A stretch of 63,740 nt of DNA, filler included, from Clostridiaceae bacterium (GTDB lineage: Bacteria; Bacillota; Clostridia; CAYPLH01; DUMO01): assembly GCA_012839865.1 (NCBI GenBank). It is 5 parts of 5 records of this genome, joined end to end, with 100 filler letters (N's around TTAATTAATTAA, not from the genome) between each part and the next. Parts side by side here need not be neighbours in the genome. Positions count along the whole stretch, not along the records: positions 18,362 to 38,667 come from DUMO01000065.1; positions 38,768 to 55,140 come from DUMO01000009.1; 3 more parts are not named here. The stretch is one strand, 5' to 3'. The position numbers were made by a program, and so were the translations under genes. Shown in pieces: positions 30,901-42,522 of this stretch. Below the pieces are notes generated by a model. The model ran no database searches. It was not told the origin of the DNA and saw nothing but the letters and a program-made list of their open reading frames with translations. Every line of letters begins with the position of its first letter. The stretch's first letter is position 1.

Positions 30901-31192
30901 CTGATGATTTTGTAATAATTTTCAGACTTTAATTATAACACAAATTATAGCAAAGCAAATATGCCATATCAAAAATGGCGGTTCTACTTACCAAGCAGGC
31001 TGTATGGGCTGGTACCAGCAAAATAATACTTTTTCCTGAAAAGATAATGGAGTGCATATTTGAAGCTCTTTAGCAATATATTGAATTGAAAAGTATATCA
31101 ATCAAGCTCTGAATAAAGTACCGGCATGACATTGTCATTACCCGGAATATATTTATCCTGGCATCAAATTTATACGTGTTAGGGGGGTTTTC

Positions 31193-32203
31193 ATGAAAGA
31201 TTTCGGTCTATTGTACTTTGTGGAAGGCTACGGAGAGGAAAAAAAGCAGAACAGCCTGCTGAAGAATATTTTTTCCTGGCTGGGTAATCCTTTTGGAAAG
31301 AATAAAATTGAATTGAAGGCGGAAAAATTGGTAATTTACGACGGACGTAGCGTCCACATAATAGAAATTCCATATACACTGGAAAGTTTAAAAAACATAT
31401 CACCAAAGAACCTTAAAAACCTCGAAAAAGCTTTATATTACTTTATTGAATCCAATGATCTTGAATGTTGCATTTATCCGGCAGATACCGGCCTGGATTT
31501 TTCATCACCTCTACTTGTTAAAAGCCGGTTTTCAGGGGAGCTTATATATAGAGCTCTTATAAAAAAGATACTTTTATGCCTTTGCAACGCTTCACCTCAA
31601 AAACTAATAGAACCAGAAATTGTTGTCATTTCCGGTGAATCGGATTTGGAAGCAGCAGCTGTTATTGAGATTCTTGCGTCCCAGGCAAAATACCTTGCTG
31701 CCGCTGTCAGCAATAAAGACAGCTTTTCAGGCACAATTGAACGGATTTATGAGGAGACCGGTTTATCGGTTATTCTTACTGAAAACATTGCAGCTTCCTT
31801 AAAAACCGCCGACATTGTAATCAATTTCAGTAAAACTTATGCAAAGGAGCGTAAATTCCGACTGAAACCCGGTACAATTCTTATAAATTACGGATCAGTA
31901 AATTTGTTTGCACTAAGCGAAAAAAACATGGTTATAAACGGTATTGAAGTTTCGCTGAAAAATATACCGGACAAGATGATATTCAAATTGCAAAAATACT
32001 ATAACCGGCTTGAATTTCTTGAGGCAGCCATTATTTTGAAGCTGGGAAGGCATGGTGGGATGCCGGGTTGGCCGGATAAGACTCTCATTAACAGTATTGA
32101 AAAGGAATTTGAAAAATCGGGCAGCAGTATAACCGGCTTTTTGGGGCTTCACAGTAAAATAAAATGCAAGGACCTGGCCAAAATAATGCCGAAAAAAGGC
32201 TAG
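31193..32203 (+). CDS. Hypothetical protein with a Rossmann-like C-terminal half
   Basis: 336-aa ORF with SD AGGGGG; LKTADIVINFS and KPGTILINY resemble dehydrogenase nucleotide-binding strands; function not recognised. Confidence 0.6.
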   Translation: MKDFGLLYFVEGYGEEKKQNSLLKNIFSWLGNPFGKNKIELKAEKLVIYDGRSVHIIEIPYTLESLKNISPKNLKNLEKALYYFIESNDLECCIYPADTGLDFSSPLLVKSRFSGELIYRALIKKILLCLCNASPQKLIEPEIVVISGESDLEAAAVIEILASQAKYLAAAVSNKDSFSGTIERIYEETGLSVILTENIAASLKTADIVINFSKTYAKERKFRLKPGTILINYGSVNLFALSEKNMVINGIEVSLKNIPDKMIFKLQKYYNRLEFLEAAIILKLGRHGGMPGWPDKTLINSIEKEFEKSGSSITGFLGLHSKIKCKDLAKIMPKKG

Positions 32204-32754
32204 ACAAGACCGGTTAAGGTCCTGCGAAATGTTAATCCCATGCAAGCCTTGCAATACTGCTGCCTTTGTCGAGTGCCCCGCTTAACTTGACAATAAAACA
32301 TTTGTATTCTATAATTATTAAAAATTTATATGTTGAAGCTGAAAATTCAAGTCTGAGACCTGAAGACAGATTTATTTTTTTGCAAGTAAAATGATTTTAT
32401 CAAGGTCTATGTAAAGTTTTTATCTAATAAAACGGGGAATCTTGATATGCATTAACTTTTTATTTGAGATATAATTAATATCAAAAAAGCAAAGTAGTTG
32501 CACTTCACATACATGACACACTTATCCTGCAGCATATATTGCATGTGAAGTTGTTCAACTCTTTTGATAGATAGGAAAAAATTGGTTGAAGTTCTGCACT
32601 ATTAAAAATCAAATAATTGTTGCTTTTTTAAGTTAAGATACTGCTTTCGAAACAGCAGCAGGCATTGAATTACAAATTCACTTTAGTATAATAAGAGGTT
32701 AAGTGCATATATTATCAACAAAAATTATAGAGAAAGTAAAGGAGAGTCGACAGT

Positions 32755-33231
32755 ATGATCAGCAAAGAAGTAGTATTGACATACGAGGGTTTAAAAAAGC
32801 TTGAGGAGGAACTCGATTATCTTAAACGTGTTAAGAGAAGAGAAGTAGCCGAGAGAATAAAACAGGCTCTTGGTTTTGGAGATATATCTGAAAATTCTGA
32901 ATATGATGAGGCAAAGAATGAGCAAGCCCAATTGGAGGCAAGGATTGCCCAACTGGAATCCATGCTTAAAAAAGCCAAGGTTTTGGACGACGACGAGATT
33001 TCAACAGACCGTGTTGGACTGGGAACCAAGGTTAAGTTATTTGATTTGGAATTTAAAGAAGAAGTGGAATATAGTATTGTGGGTTCTACCGAAGCCGACC
33101 CGAGCCAGAGCAAGATATCAAACGAATCACCTGTTGGCAAGGCATTAATGGGTAGAAAAACCGGAGATATTATAGATGTAATAGTGCCTGATGGAGTAAT
33201 CAGGTTCGAAATACTTGATATTTATAAGTAA
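32755..33231 (+). CDS. greA: Transcription elongation factor GreA
   Basis: [30 protein letters not shown]. Confidence 0.98.
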   Translation: MISKEVVLTYEGLKKLEEELDYLKRVKRREVAERIKQALGFGDISENSEYDEAKNEQAQLEARIAQLESMLKKAKVLDDDEISTDRVGLGTKVKLFDLEFKEEVEYSIVGSTEADPSQSKISNESPVGKALMGRKTGDIIDVIVPDGVIRFEILDIYK

Positions 33232-33258
33232 TTTCATTGTGCCAAAATTTACATGGCC

Positions 33259-33320
33259 AACTTTATATACAATATATGCTGTCGGGGAATTTCCGGCATT
33301 ATATATTGTATGTAAAGTTT
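33259..33320. terminator. Long hairpin between greA and lysS
   Basis: ACTTTATATACAATATA...TATATTGTATGTAAAGT near-perfect 17-bp IR. Confidence 0.55.
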
Positions 33321-33349
33321 ATTTAATGTAATTTTTGGTGTATTATTAA

Positions 33350-34888
<1,539 letters not shown>

Positions 34889-34959
34889 AGACAAACAACA
34901 GGAAGCCTGTTTGAAAAACTCATCATAATCAGCTCTGAAGATGTAAAGGAGGGGTTTAA

Positions 34960-35841
34960 ATGTCGGATATGAAAAAAGAATATGAAATAATGGGTCTAAA
35001 AGAAGGTGCCTCTAAAGATGAGATTTCCAAAAGGTACGCTACGCTTCTCAAGAAGTTCAAGGCTGCCAAACTGGAAGGTAAAGACTCCATTGACGGCATA
35101 ACGGTCGATGATGTTACCAGAGCTTATAACAAACTGATGGGTTATGACAGTGATGTGGAACCGGATCCGGAAATTTTGAGGCTGAGAGAGTTGAAAAACA
35201 AAGGAATATTCAAGAAACTCAATATTGATCCCGAAAAACTGAGTAATTTCTGGACATATAACAAATGGTATGTAATTTCCGGTATTATCGGTATTATCGT
35301 GATTATTTCCTTTATAAGCTCTATTGTCAACCGGGTGGAACCTGATTTTAATTTTGCAGTTGTCGGTGAAATCTACTCAATGAGTGATAAGCAAATTGCT
35401 GAAAAAATAGAATCATCCTACCCTGTTTTGAAGGAAGTTTCCACAGTAACCATGACAGTTGGAATGGAAGCCAAAAGTGAGATGGATGTTGCCATGCAGC
35501 AAAAGATAATGGTGGAAATGGCGGTAGGGGGACTGGATCTGGTTATTGTTGACAGAGTAAACTATGATAGATTTGCAGAAATAGGCACTTTCAAAGAGTT
35601 GACGGAAATAGCAGAACAACTGGGCGTTGATATGGAAAAGCAACAGGACCTGATTGCAGAAGTAAAGGATGAAGAAGATCCTTTTACGGGACTGTTTGGA
35701 ATATACGTAACTGACAGCCCCTTCCTGAAAGAATGCGGCATTGTGGGAGATGAAATGATTGCAACCATACACGTAAATGCCAAGCATCCTGAAGCCGCCT
35801 TTGAAGTTTTGAAACTGATTGTAAAGCAGGATACGCCTTAG
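34960..35841 (+). CDS. Membrane protein: J-domain-like N-terminus, TM helix, solute-binding-like ectodomain
   Basis: EYEIMGLKEGASKDEISKRY..L.KK resembles DnaJ helices I-II but lacks HPD; NFWTYNKW-TM-EPDF..AVVG...GGLDLVIVD ectodomain. Confidence 0.7.
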   Translation: MSDMKKEYEIMGLKEGASKDEISKRYATLLKKFKAAKLEGKDSIDGITVDDVTRAYNKLMGYDSDVEPDPEILRLRELKNKGIFKKLNIDPEKLSNFWTYNKWYVISGIIGIIVIISFISSIVNRVEPDFNFAVVGEIYSMSDKQIAEKIESSYPVLKEVSTVTMTVGMEAKSEMDVAMQQKIMVEMAVGGLDLVIVDRVNYDRFAEIGTFKELTEIAEQLGVDMEKQQDLIAEVKDEEDPFTGLFGIYVTDSPFLKECGIVGDEMIATIHVNAKHPEAAFEVLKLIVKQDTP

Positions 35842-36040
35842 AATATCCTGTTTTCATGCATTTGAAGGCCTTTAATTGCACGTATGTCATGGATGAACTT
35901 GATAATATCATGCTCTCAAGCATTTGAAGGCCTTTGACTGCCCGCAAGGTCAAGGGTGGGTTTAAATATACCTGCTTTTTTAGGCATTTGCAGACCCTTG
36001 AATGCTCTTATTTCAAAAATATCATGCCTTTAAATAATGG
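35842..36040. repeat. Degenerate tandem array, ~62-bp period
   Basis: GCATTTGAAGGCCTTT at 35858 and 35920, GCATTTGCAGACCCTT at 35984; AATA(T)C.TG units at 35842, 35904, 35965 and 36018. Confidence 0.65.
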
Positions 36041-36134
36041 TCCTTAAGGGGTGATTTTTTTCAAATTACTCAATCGGTTGTTTTCTTGCGAAAAAGCTTC
36101 AAATGTTCCTTTGTTTAAACAGGAGGTGTAATGT

Positions 36135-36449
36135 ATGTCGGAGGAATTAAAGATACTTGAGAATAGGGAAAATGGGTCGGTTAAGATATCAATTACCGGA
36201 GAGGTCGACATCTATTCGTCCCAACTGCTTAAAGAGAGACTTTACAATATAGTCGAGACAGAAAAACAGGATATCAAAATAGACTGCGAAGGGATGAACT
36301 ACATAGACAGTACCGGCCTTGGTGTTCTTGTGGGCGCTTTAAAGAAGGCCAAGGAATCGGGGAACTTGATTTATATCACAAATCTTAAGGAAAACATAAA
36401 AAAGCTCTTTCTTATTACAGGATTGGACAAGGTCTTTATTATTGAGTAA
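36135..36449 (+). CDS. STAS anti-anti-sigma factor (RsbV-like)
   Basis: GEVDIYSS, YIDSTGLGVLV with the phospho-Ser motif. Confidence 0.93.
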   Translation: MSEELKILENRENGSVKISITGEVDIYSSQLLKERLYNIVETEKQDIKIDCEGMNYIDSTGLGVLVGALKKAKESGNLIYITNLKENIKKLFLITGLDKVFIIE

Positions 36450-36464
36450 ATTCGGAGGGGTAAT

Positions 36465-36851
36465 ATGATAACAAATAATGAAGCGGACACTATCGAAATT
36501 TCATTGCCTTTTAAAGCTGAATATGTGAGCGTTGCAAGATTAACCGCCTCCGCAATAGCAAACCGTATAGGTTTCAACATTGATGAAATTGAAGATGTAA
36601 AAGTCGCTGTATCAGAAGTGTGCAATAAGATGGTCAAGTATAAATCAAAGACCGAAGAGGCGTATAAAATCATTTTCAAAATAACACCCCAAAAACTTGC
36701 CATAACTTATGATTGTGAAGACAAATCTTTAAAATGCATATTTGACAATGAAGAAGACAAACTGGCAATTTCTTTGATAAATGCATTTATGGATTATGTA
36801 GAGTTTTGCCCTGAGAACAACTCGCTTTTTACAATGTCAAAAAACATCTGA
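36465..36851 (+). CDS. RsbW-like anti-sigma factor, degenerate kinase motifs
   Basis: LPFKAEYVSVARL..SAIANRIGF..DEIED.K.AVSE matches the RsbW N-terminus; the N-box Asn, DxG and GxG boxes are not recognisable. Confidence 0.82.
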   Translation: MITNNEADTIEISLPFKAEYVSVARLTASAIANRIGFNIDEIEDVKVAVSEVCNKMVKYKSKTEEAYKIIFKITPQKLAITYDCEDKSLKCIFDNEEDKLAISLINAFMDYVEFCPENNSLFTMSKNI

Positions 36852-36864
36852 AGGGAAAAATGTT

Positions 36865-37629
36865 ATGCCTGAGGTTGCTAATATAGACATGTCTTACACA
36901 GAATATGATGATGCTGATTTATTCAAGCAATATAGTATAAATCCGACAGTCGAGCTTAGAAATAAAATTGTAAGCAAATACATGTACCTGACCGAAATAA
37001 TATCCAGAAAATTTTTAGGCAGGGGTATTGATTATGAGGATATCAACCAGGTTGCTTCCATTGCGCTTATAAAGGCTGTAGAACGGTTCAAACCGGAGAT
37101 AGGGGTTAAATTCGCAAGTTTTGCAGCGCCCACTATTATAGGCGAATTAAAGCGTTTTTTCCGTGACAAGGGCTCTGTTATCAGGATACCCAGAAGAATA
37201 TACGAATCCTATCAGAAAGTGATTAATGCCAGGGATGAGCTTACGCAGCAGCTTGGATATGTGCCGCGGGTTGATGAGATTGCAAACCATCTGAATATGT
37301 CCGATGAAGCGGTGCTTGAAATAATAGAGTCCAGGAATGTGTATAATATGCAGTCCTTTGACAGCAATGCATATGAAAATGAAGACGTGGAGCTTCATGA
37401 GGTTATCGGAGAAAACGATGTCAGCTTTGAGAAGATAGAAAACAGGGACTTTATTGAAAAAATTCTGGACAAGCTTGATGATTCGGGGAAATCATTTATA
37501 AAAATGCGCTATTTTAAGAACATGACACAAAAGCAAATTGCAGAGAAGTTGGGTGTATCCCAAATGTATGTATCAAGATTGGAAAGAAAATTAATTAAAA
37601 AATTTCAGGAAATCTTGAAAAGAGATTGA
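36865..37629 (+). CDS. SigB/SigF/SigG-family sigma factor (SigB-like)
   Basis: DINQVASIALIKAVERF, FAAPTIIGELKRFFRDK, VIRIPRR, GVSQMYVSRLE; rsbV-rsbW-sigma gene order. Confidence 0.92.
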   Translation: MPEVANIDMSYTEYDDADLFKQYSINPTVELRNKIVSKYMYLTEIISRKFLGRGIDYEDINQVASIALIKAVERFKPEIGVKFASFAAPTIIGELKRFFRDKGSVIRIPRRIYESYQKVINARDELTQQLGYVPRVDEIANHLNMSDEAVLEIIESRNVYNMQSFDSNAYENEDVELHEVIGENDVSFEKIENRDFIEKILDKLDDSGKSFIKMRYFKNMTQKQIAEKLGVSQMYVSRLERKLIKKFQEILKRD

Positions 37630-37768
37630 CTGAAAAGTTTTGTATGTTAGTTGTCAGAGAAAAATGGGTATTATTTTATTAAAGACCATATATGATAAAA
37701 CCGGTGTGCTTTTTTGTGTAAAGATATCCCGGAACGATTACATAAAAACTTGTTAAGGATGAATTGAC

Positions 37769-38206
37769 TTGATGACATCTAGCATTATTGATTGCAAAAT
37801 ACCTGGTACAATTGAATGTGTCGGTAAAGCTGTAGACCAAGTATTGGACGGCCTCTATGATATTATTGATTTTTCTGACGAAACTTTATTATTTGATATA
37901 AAGGTTATACTTAATGAATTGCTGTTGAATGCGGTTCTACACGGCAATAAAGGAGATAGGGCAAAAAAGGTTACGGTTAGAGCGAGCGTGGAAGACGGCG
38001 GAAGTTATTTGTATTTATCTGTTGAGGATGAAGGAGAGGGATTTAATTATAGAGAGATTTTATCAAATGCCGGGAAAGAGTGTTTCTGCTTTGATTGCCT
38101 GAAAGAAACAGGCCGGGGCCTGATTATTGTAAAAAGCCTGAGTGACAAATTGATGTTTAATGATAAGGGCAACCAGGTAGTAGTAATGAAAAAGTTGAGT
38201 GATTGA
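37769..38206 (+). CDS. RsbW/SpoIIAB-type HATPase_c serine kinase
   Basis: ELLLNAVLHGN (N box), VEDEGEGF (G1), ETGRGLIIV..LSD (G2). Confidence 0.88.
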   Translation: MMTSSIIDCKIPGTIECVGKAVDQVLDGLYDIIDFSDETLLFDIKVILNELLLNAVLHGNKGDRAKKVTVRASVEDGGSYLYLSVEDEGEGFNYREILSNAGKECFCFDCLKETGRGLIIVKSLSDKLMFNDKGNQVVVMKKLSD

Positions 38207-38402
38207 TTATTCCCGGGTGTCTCTTCCCAAACCCCGCTGCACTGAAGCAGTATGAGGTTTTTTTATTATATGTCCCCGAGAGTGACAAAAAATGATTCCT
38301 TAGAATTAATGAGAAAGCCGGAGACAAATTGAGAAATATAAGAGAAAATATATATATTTTATTTTAACTGAATTAATCAAAAACTCATGACTCTTTTCTT
38401 CC

Positions 38403-38667
38403 TTGACACTGTCCTGCCGTCGTGGTAGGATATAAAAGCTGTCGCTGATGTGGCAAATACGGGAAAGCAGAAAAATGGATTTTTTCCGCCCCAAACAGCC
38501 AAAAAAATCTTAAAAAAAAGGATTGACAAACTCAGTGGCCGGTGTTAAGATATAAAAGCTGTCTGACGCGGGGCCGGAAAAAACGGACTTGCAAGGAATT
38601 GGAAGAAAAAAGTTGTTGACAAAGTGAAGGCAGCGTGCTAAGATATAAAAGTCGCGCTTCTCGGAGA
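38403..38667 (+). promoter_or_regulatory. Three tandem sigma-A promoters, probably of an rRNA operon collapsed in the gap
   Basis: TTGACA-17-TAGGAT (38403), TTGACA-17-TAAGAT (38523) and TTGACA-17-TAAGAT (38616); each is followed by ATAAAAG and preceded by A/T-rich UP-like tracts; an N-gap follows. Confidence 0.75.
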
Positions 38668-38767
38668 NNNNNNNNNNNNNNNNNNNNNNNNNNNNNNNNN
38701 NNNNNNNNNNNTTAATTAATTAANNNNNNNNNNNNNNNNNNNNNNNNNNNNNNNNNNNNNNNNNNNN
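38668..38767. other. Assembly gap with TTAATTAATTAA linker
   Basis: N run with linker. Confidence 0.95.
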
Positions 38768-38930
38768 GAGGCTCATTGTAAAGAGGACTGTGGAATAAAT
38801 GCGGATGATAAGAGTAAAGTGAAAAATATAAGGTATCATGAGATATATTGAGCTATCGGTCAAATTCTCCAAACAAAGGGGGTCTATCCGGTTTTATACA
38901 TGAAAAGATCACAGAAAGGATAAGACAGTA

Positions 38931-39534
38931 ATGGCACGAATGCAGCCTGAATTGAGAAAACAGGAATTAATCGAGATAGCACTTCGCCAGTTTTTGCAGC
39001 AAGGTTATGAAAAAACTTCGTTCTATCGTAGGAGAGGCGAATGGCGAAATCGGTATGTTTTACCATTATTTTGCCTCTAAGGAGGAAATATTTAAAGAAG
39101 CGTTGGAGCAATACAATATTGCGTATATCGCAAAAATCAAGCATATCATAAGCGAGGGGAAAGGATTATCTTTTTGGGATTTGATGGAACTTATTTTCTC
39201 GAATATGGAAAGTTCTTTGGATGAATACACAAAAATGAACCATGGAGCAGTAAATACACAGGTATTGATGATGCTTCACCAAGAAACGCTAATATCTTTA
39301 AGGCCGATTTTCTGCAAACTGATTAATGACTATATTCAGCGTGGAGAAATTTTACCGCCAAAAGCAGAAACCGGTTTATTGACCGACTTCCTGCTTTTTG
39401 GTATAAGCGCAGTAATTCATTACAACAGAGAAAATGACTCAGAGGAAAAAAAAGAAGCCCTTAAAGTGTTGATTTACAGACTGCTTGGCATAACGCCGGA
39501 CTATGATGAGATAACCCGGCCGCTCATGATATAA
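38931..39534 (+). pseudogene. TetR/AcrR-family regulator split by a frameshift in the HTH
   Basis: ATG 38931 frame gives MARMQPELRKQELIEIALRQFLQQGYEKTS; the next frame continues RSIVGEANGEIGMFYHYFASKEEIF; the break is at ACTTCGTTCTATC (~39015-39025). Confidence 0.8.
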
Positions 39535-39715
39535 AGTAGTTATTCCAGAGTGCCCGACCAAACTTCATAATGCTGGCAAAGGTTAGAGGGAACATGGTAT
39601 CCGGACGCGTATATTGCAGCCTGTCCCTGATGGCATTTTTTCCATGATATTGTGGTATAATTATATTCACTTATGGCAACATATAAAGTTCAAACTAATG
39701 ACAGGAGCAAAGGCC

Positions 39716-40585
39716 ATGGAAAAGTTTATTGATTTGCACACACATACCACAAAATCGGATGGAAGCATGACACCTGCGGAACTGGTAAGATATGCGGCTG
39801 AGAAAGGTCTGGTAGCTGTTGCAATTACCGACCACGATACGGTTGATGGTGTTGCGGAAGCCATTCAGGAAGGTTCAAAGGCAGGAGTTGAAGTAATTGC
39901 CGGAGTTGAAATAAGTGTTGATTATTCCCCTGAAATGCATATTTTAGGGTATTTCAAGGATAAGTGTTATATGCGTTTGGAAAGCACATTGGAAGAACTT
40001 CGCATGTATAGAGAAATAAGAAACCCTAAAATTATAAACATACTAAGCCAGATGGGTGTTGAAATCAGCATGGAGGAAGTGGAGAAAAAGGCGGGGGAGT
40101 CAATAATTTCGAGAGCACATATAGCAAAGGTGCTGGTTGATAAAGGGTATGCAAATGACATCAAGGATGCATTTTATAAATTCTTAAGCCCGGGAAGGCC
40201 GGCATATGTTAAAAAGGACAAACTTGCACCCGAATCAGCCATTAAAAAAATTATAGAAGCGGGAGGGGTGCCGGTTCTGGCACATCCCATATATCTTAAT
40301 AAGAGTTATAATGAACTGGATGAACTCCTGGCGCATCTGGCAAAGGTGGGTCTGGCCGGTATAGAAGCCTATTATACGGAAAATACTGAGGAAGACAACA
40401 GGAATCTTGTAAAGCTGGCAATAAAAAATGATCTACTGGCTACGGGCGGCAGTGATTTTCATGGAAGTTTCAAAACTAATATCGATATTGGAACAGGGTA
40501 TGGCAATTTGAAAATTCCGTATGCAATTTTGGAAAGATTGAAAGTTGAGCTTGTTAAACACAAGGAAAAAGCCAATTGTGACTAA
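39716..40585 (+). CDS. PHP-domain phosphoesterase (YciV/TrpH-like)
   Basis: DLHTHTTKSDG, AITDHD, EMHILGY, LAHP, GGSDFHG; start refined to the ATG at 39716. Confidence 0.92.
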   Translation: MEKFIDLHTHTTKSDGSMTPAELVRYAAEKGLVAVAITDHDTVDGVAEAIQEGSKAGVEVIAGVEISVDYSPEMHILGYFKDKCYMRLESTLEELRMYREIRNPKIINILSQMGVEISMEEVEKKAGESIISRAHIAKVLVDKGYANDIKDAFYKFLSPGRPAYVKKDKLAPESAIKKIIEAGGVPVLAHPIYLNKSYNELDELLAHLAKVGLAGIEAYYTENTEEDNRNLVKLAIKNDLLATGGSDFHGSFKTNIDIGTGYGNLKIPYAILERLKVELVKHKEKANCD

Positions 40586-40790
40586 TTGGCTTTTATGGGA
40601 TGGGGGCTTGTCCATCCCGGTGGGTGAAGGAGAAAGTGTACTTAGCTGGTGCTTACCATGTTTAATACTTGAGTAAGGAAGTACAAACATTATTTAATTC
40701 ATTAAGTACAGTTATATTTTAGGAAATGTACGGGAAATATTCAATAGTCTATTAGAACCTTTATTTTAGGACTTAAGTCCTGTTAAACGG

Positions 40791-42197
40791 TTAAAATTTG
40801 AAGGACATCGACTTGGAGCCTGCTCCGCTGCTTTCTATTAATAATTCCTGCATATCCCGGTCTTCGTAGTCCTTTTCAGGCAAAACCCTCTTGCGGAACA
40901 ACCTGTCTACTTTATCAAAGTATTCCTGCTTTGATTTGAACACAGGTTTGAACTGATTGAGCACCAATTTCGCTTTTTCCGCCTGGTCCCACAAAAGTTC
41001 AACAGCCATAAGCGCAAGGTATTTTGATGAAAGGATGTATGCCGTATCCGGATTGTCTATTCGATAATCAGCACCATGTCCTGCGCCTGCAAATCCGGAA
41101 ATGCTGGTTTCAAGAACCGGCATTATGGTAGAAATATCTCCCCAGTCAGTTGAGCCGAATCCATGCCCTCCCTCACCATACTCCTCTTCACTTACCAGGT
41201 CCAATGCGACCTCCTTTGCAATGCTTCTTAAAGTATCGTCATAGGCGACCGGCAAATACCCGGGTAGGTCATGTATTTCGACTTTTGCGCCCATAGCGTA
41301 TGCTCCGCCGACAATCGCCCTGTCAACCTTCATAGCTGCCTTTATCATGCTTTCAAGAGTTTTTCCTCTGACAAAAGTTTCAATATGCACATCAGCGGGA
41401 ATGGCGTTTACAACCTCTCCTCCCTTAGTAATGATGGGATGCACCCTTATATGCTCGTCATCAATAAAGGTTTCACGAATCGAATTTATTGCGGAAAGAC
41501 CGAGATTGGCTGCATACAGGGCATTTACACCCGCGTGGGGACTGGCGCCTGCATGAGCGGATTTACCTTTATAAATAATGTTTTTGACAATACACCCATT
41601 AGCGGATTTTCTTGTCGTTATCTTTTTGCTCCTATTTGCGCTTGCATGAATGGATATACACATGTCTACATCATCAAAATAGCCTTGACGAAGGAGCTCG
41701 GGCTTTCCTCCCAGGTATTTTATAATGCCTTTTTCTCTGAGCTGCATCCTGTAGGCTATCTCAATGTATTCTTCCGCCGGTACGGCAATAAAATGAATTT
41801 TTCCGGACAGGTGCGAAGCTGCTCCCGCTTCAAATATGCCTATAGCCGCTCCAAGCATTGCTGCCACCTGTGCATTGTGGCCGCAGGCATGTACTGCCCC
41901 TGTCTCCTTGTTGCATTCGGGATGATCGCTGCAAACAAGGGAATCAAGTTCCGCCACAATTGCAACTGTTGGGCCTTCCCGGCCTGTATCAACAGTAGCC
42001 TTTACTCCGGGGTACTCCTTTATGTTTGTAAACTTCAGCCCCAATTCAGTAAATTTGTCCATAACAATTCTTGCTGTGTTGAACTCTTTGAAGCCTGTCT
42101 CAGGATTCCTGAAAATCTCGTCTCCGATTCTGATTATTTCATTCTTGTTTCTTTCGATACTTTCCTTTATTGCATCTTTCAAAATTTTCTTATCCAT
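40791..42197 (-). CDS. M20-family amidohydrolase
   Basis: NPETGFKEFNT, AELD, HACGHN, PAEE, GKSAHAG, GSTDWGD; start refined to the ATG at 42197. Confidence 0.92.
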   Translation of the reverse strand: MDKKILKDAIKESIERNKNEIIRIGDEIFRNPETGFKEFNTARIVMDKFTELGLKFTNIKEYPGVKATVDTGREGPTVAIVAELDSLVCSDHPECNKETGAVHACGHNAQVAAMLGAAIGIFEAGAASHLSGKIHFIAVPAEEYIEIAYRMQLREKGIIKYLGGKPELLRQGYFDDVDMCISIHASANRSKKITTRKSANGCIVKNIIYKGKSAHAGASPHAGVNALYAANLGLSAINSIRETFIDDEHIRVHPIITKGGEVVNAIPADVHIETFVRGKTLESMIKAAMKVDRAIVGGAYAMGAKVEIHDLPGYLPVAYDDTLRSIAKEVALDLVSEEEYGEGGHGFGSTDWGDISTIMPVLETSISGFAGAGHGADYRIDNPDTAYILSSKYLALMAVELLWDQAEKAKLVLNQFKPVFKSKQEYFDKVDRLFRKRVLPEKDYEDRDMQELLIESSGAGSKSMSFKF

Positions 42198-42522
42198 AAC
42201 CCGACCTCCGCATATTTTGCCTTTTTCCTGACAGGAGCCTATGCTATTATATGTGTATAACACAATAATTATATCACACATATGTAAGCATATGGGTAAT
42301 TGCTATTGGGTTTTGAAATGCAGGGAAAGAAAAATTGCATTTTTGGCTGGATTTGCTTAATATCAGGCATACTTGACATTACGTTTAAATTTGCTATAAT
42401 ATAATAGTAAATTTTCTATAGACGAAAGTTCGGTGGCCTTTTGCAAGGGTTATTTTTATCTTTCGCTGTAAGGCAGCTTGTGTTGAAGTATCCGGCTCAA
42501 ATTGGAGTGTGGCGTTGTAAAA

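Noticed and set aside
39560..39615. c-di-GMP-I-like GGCAAA...GGACGC words upstream of the PHP gene
   Set aside because: No P2 stem with GNRA loop and no AAAGC or 3' pairing segment.
41271..42260. 329-aa plus-strand ORF
   Set aside because: Antisense shadow of the M20 amidohydrolase.
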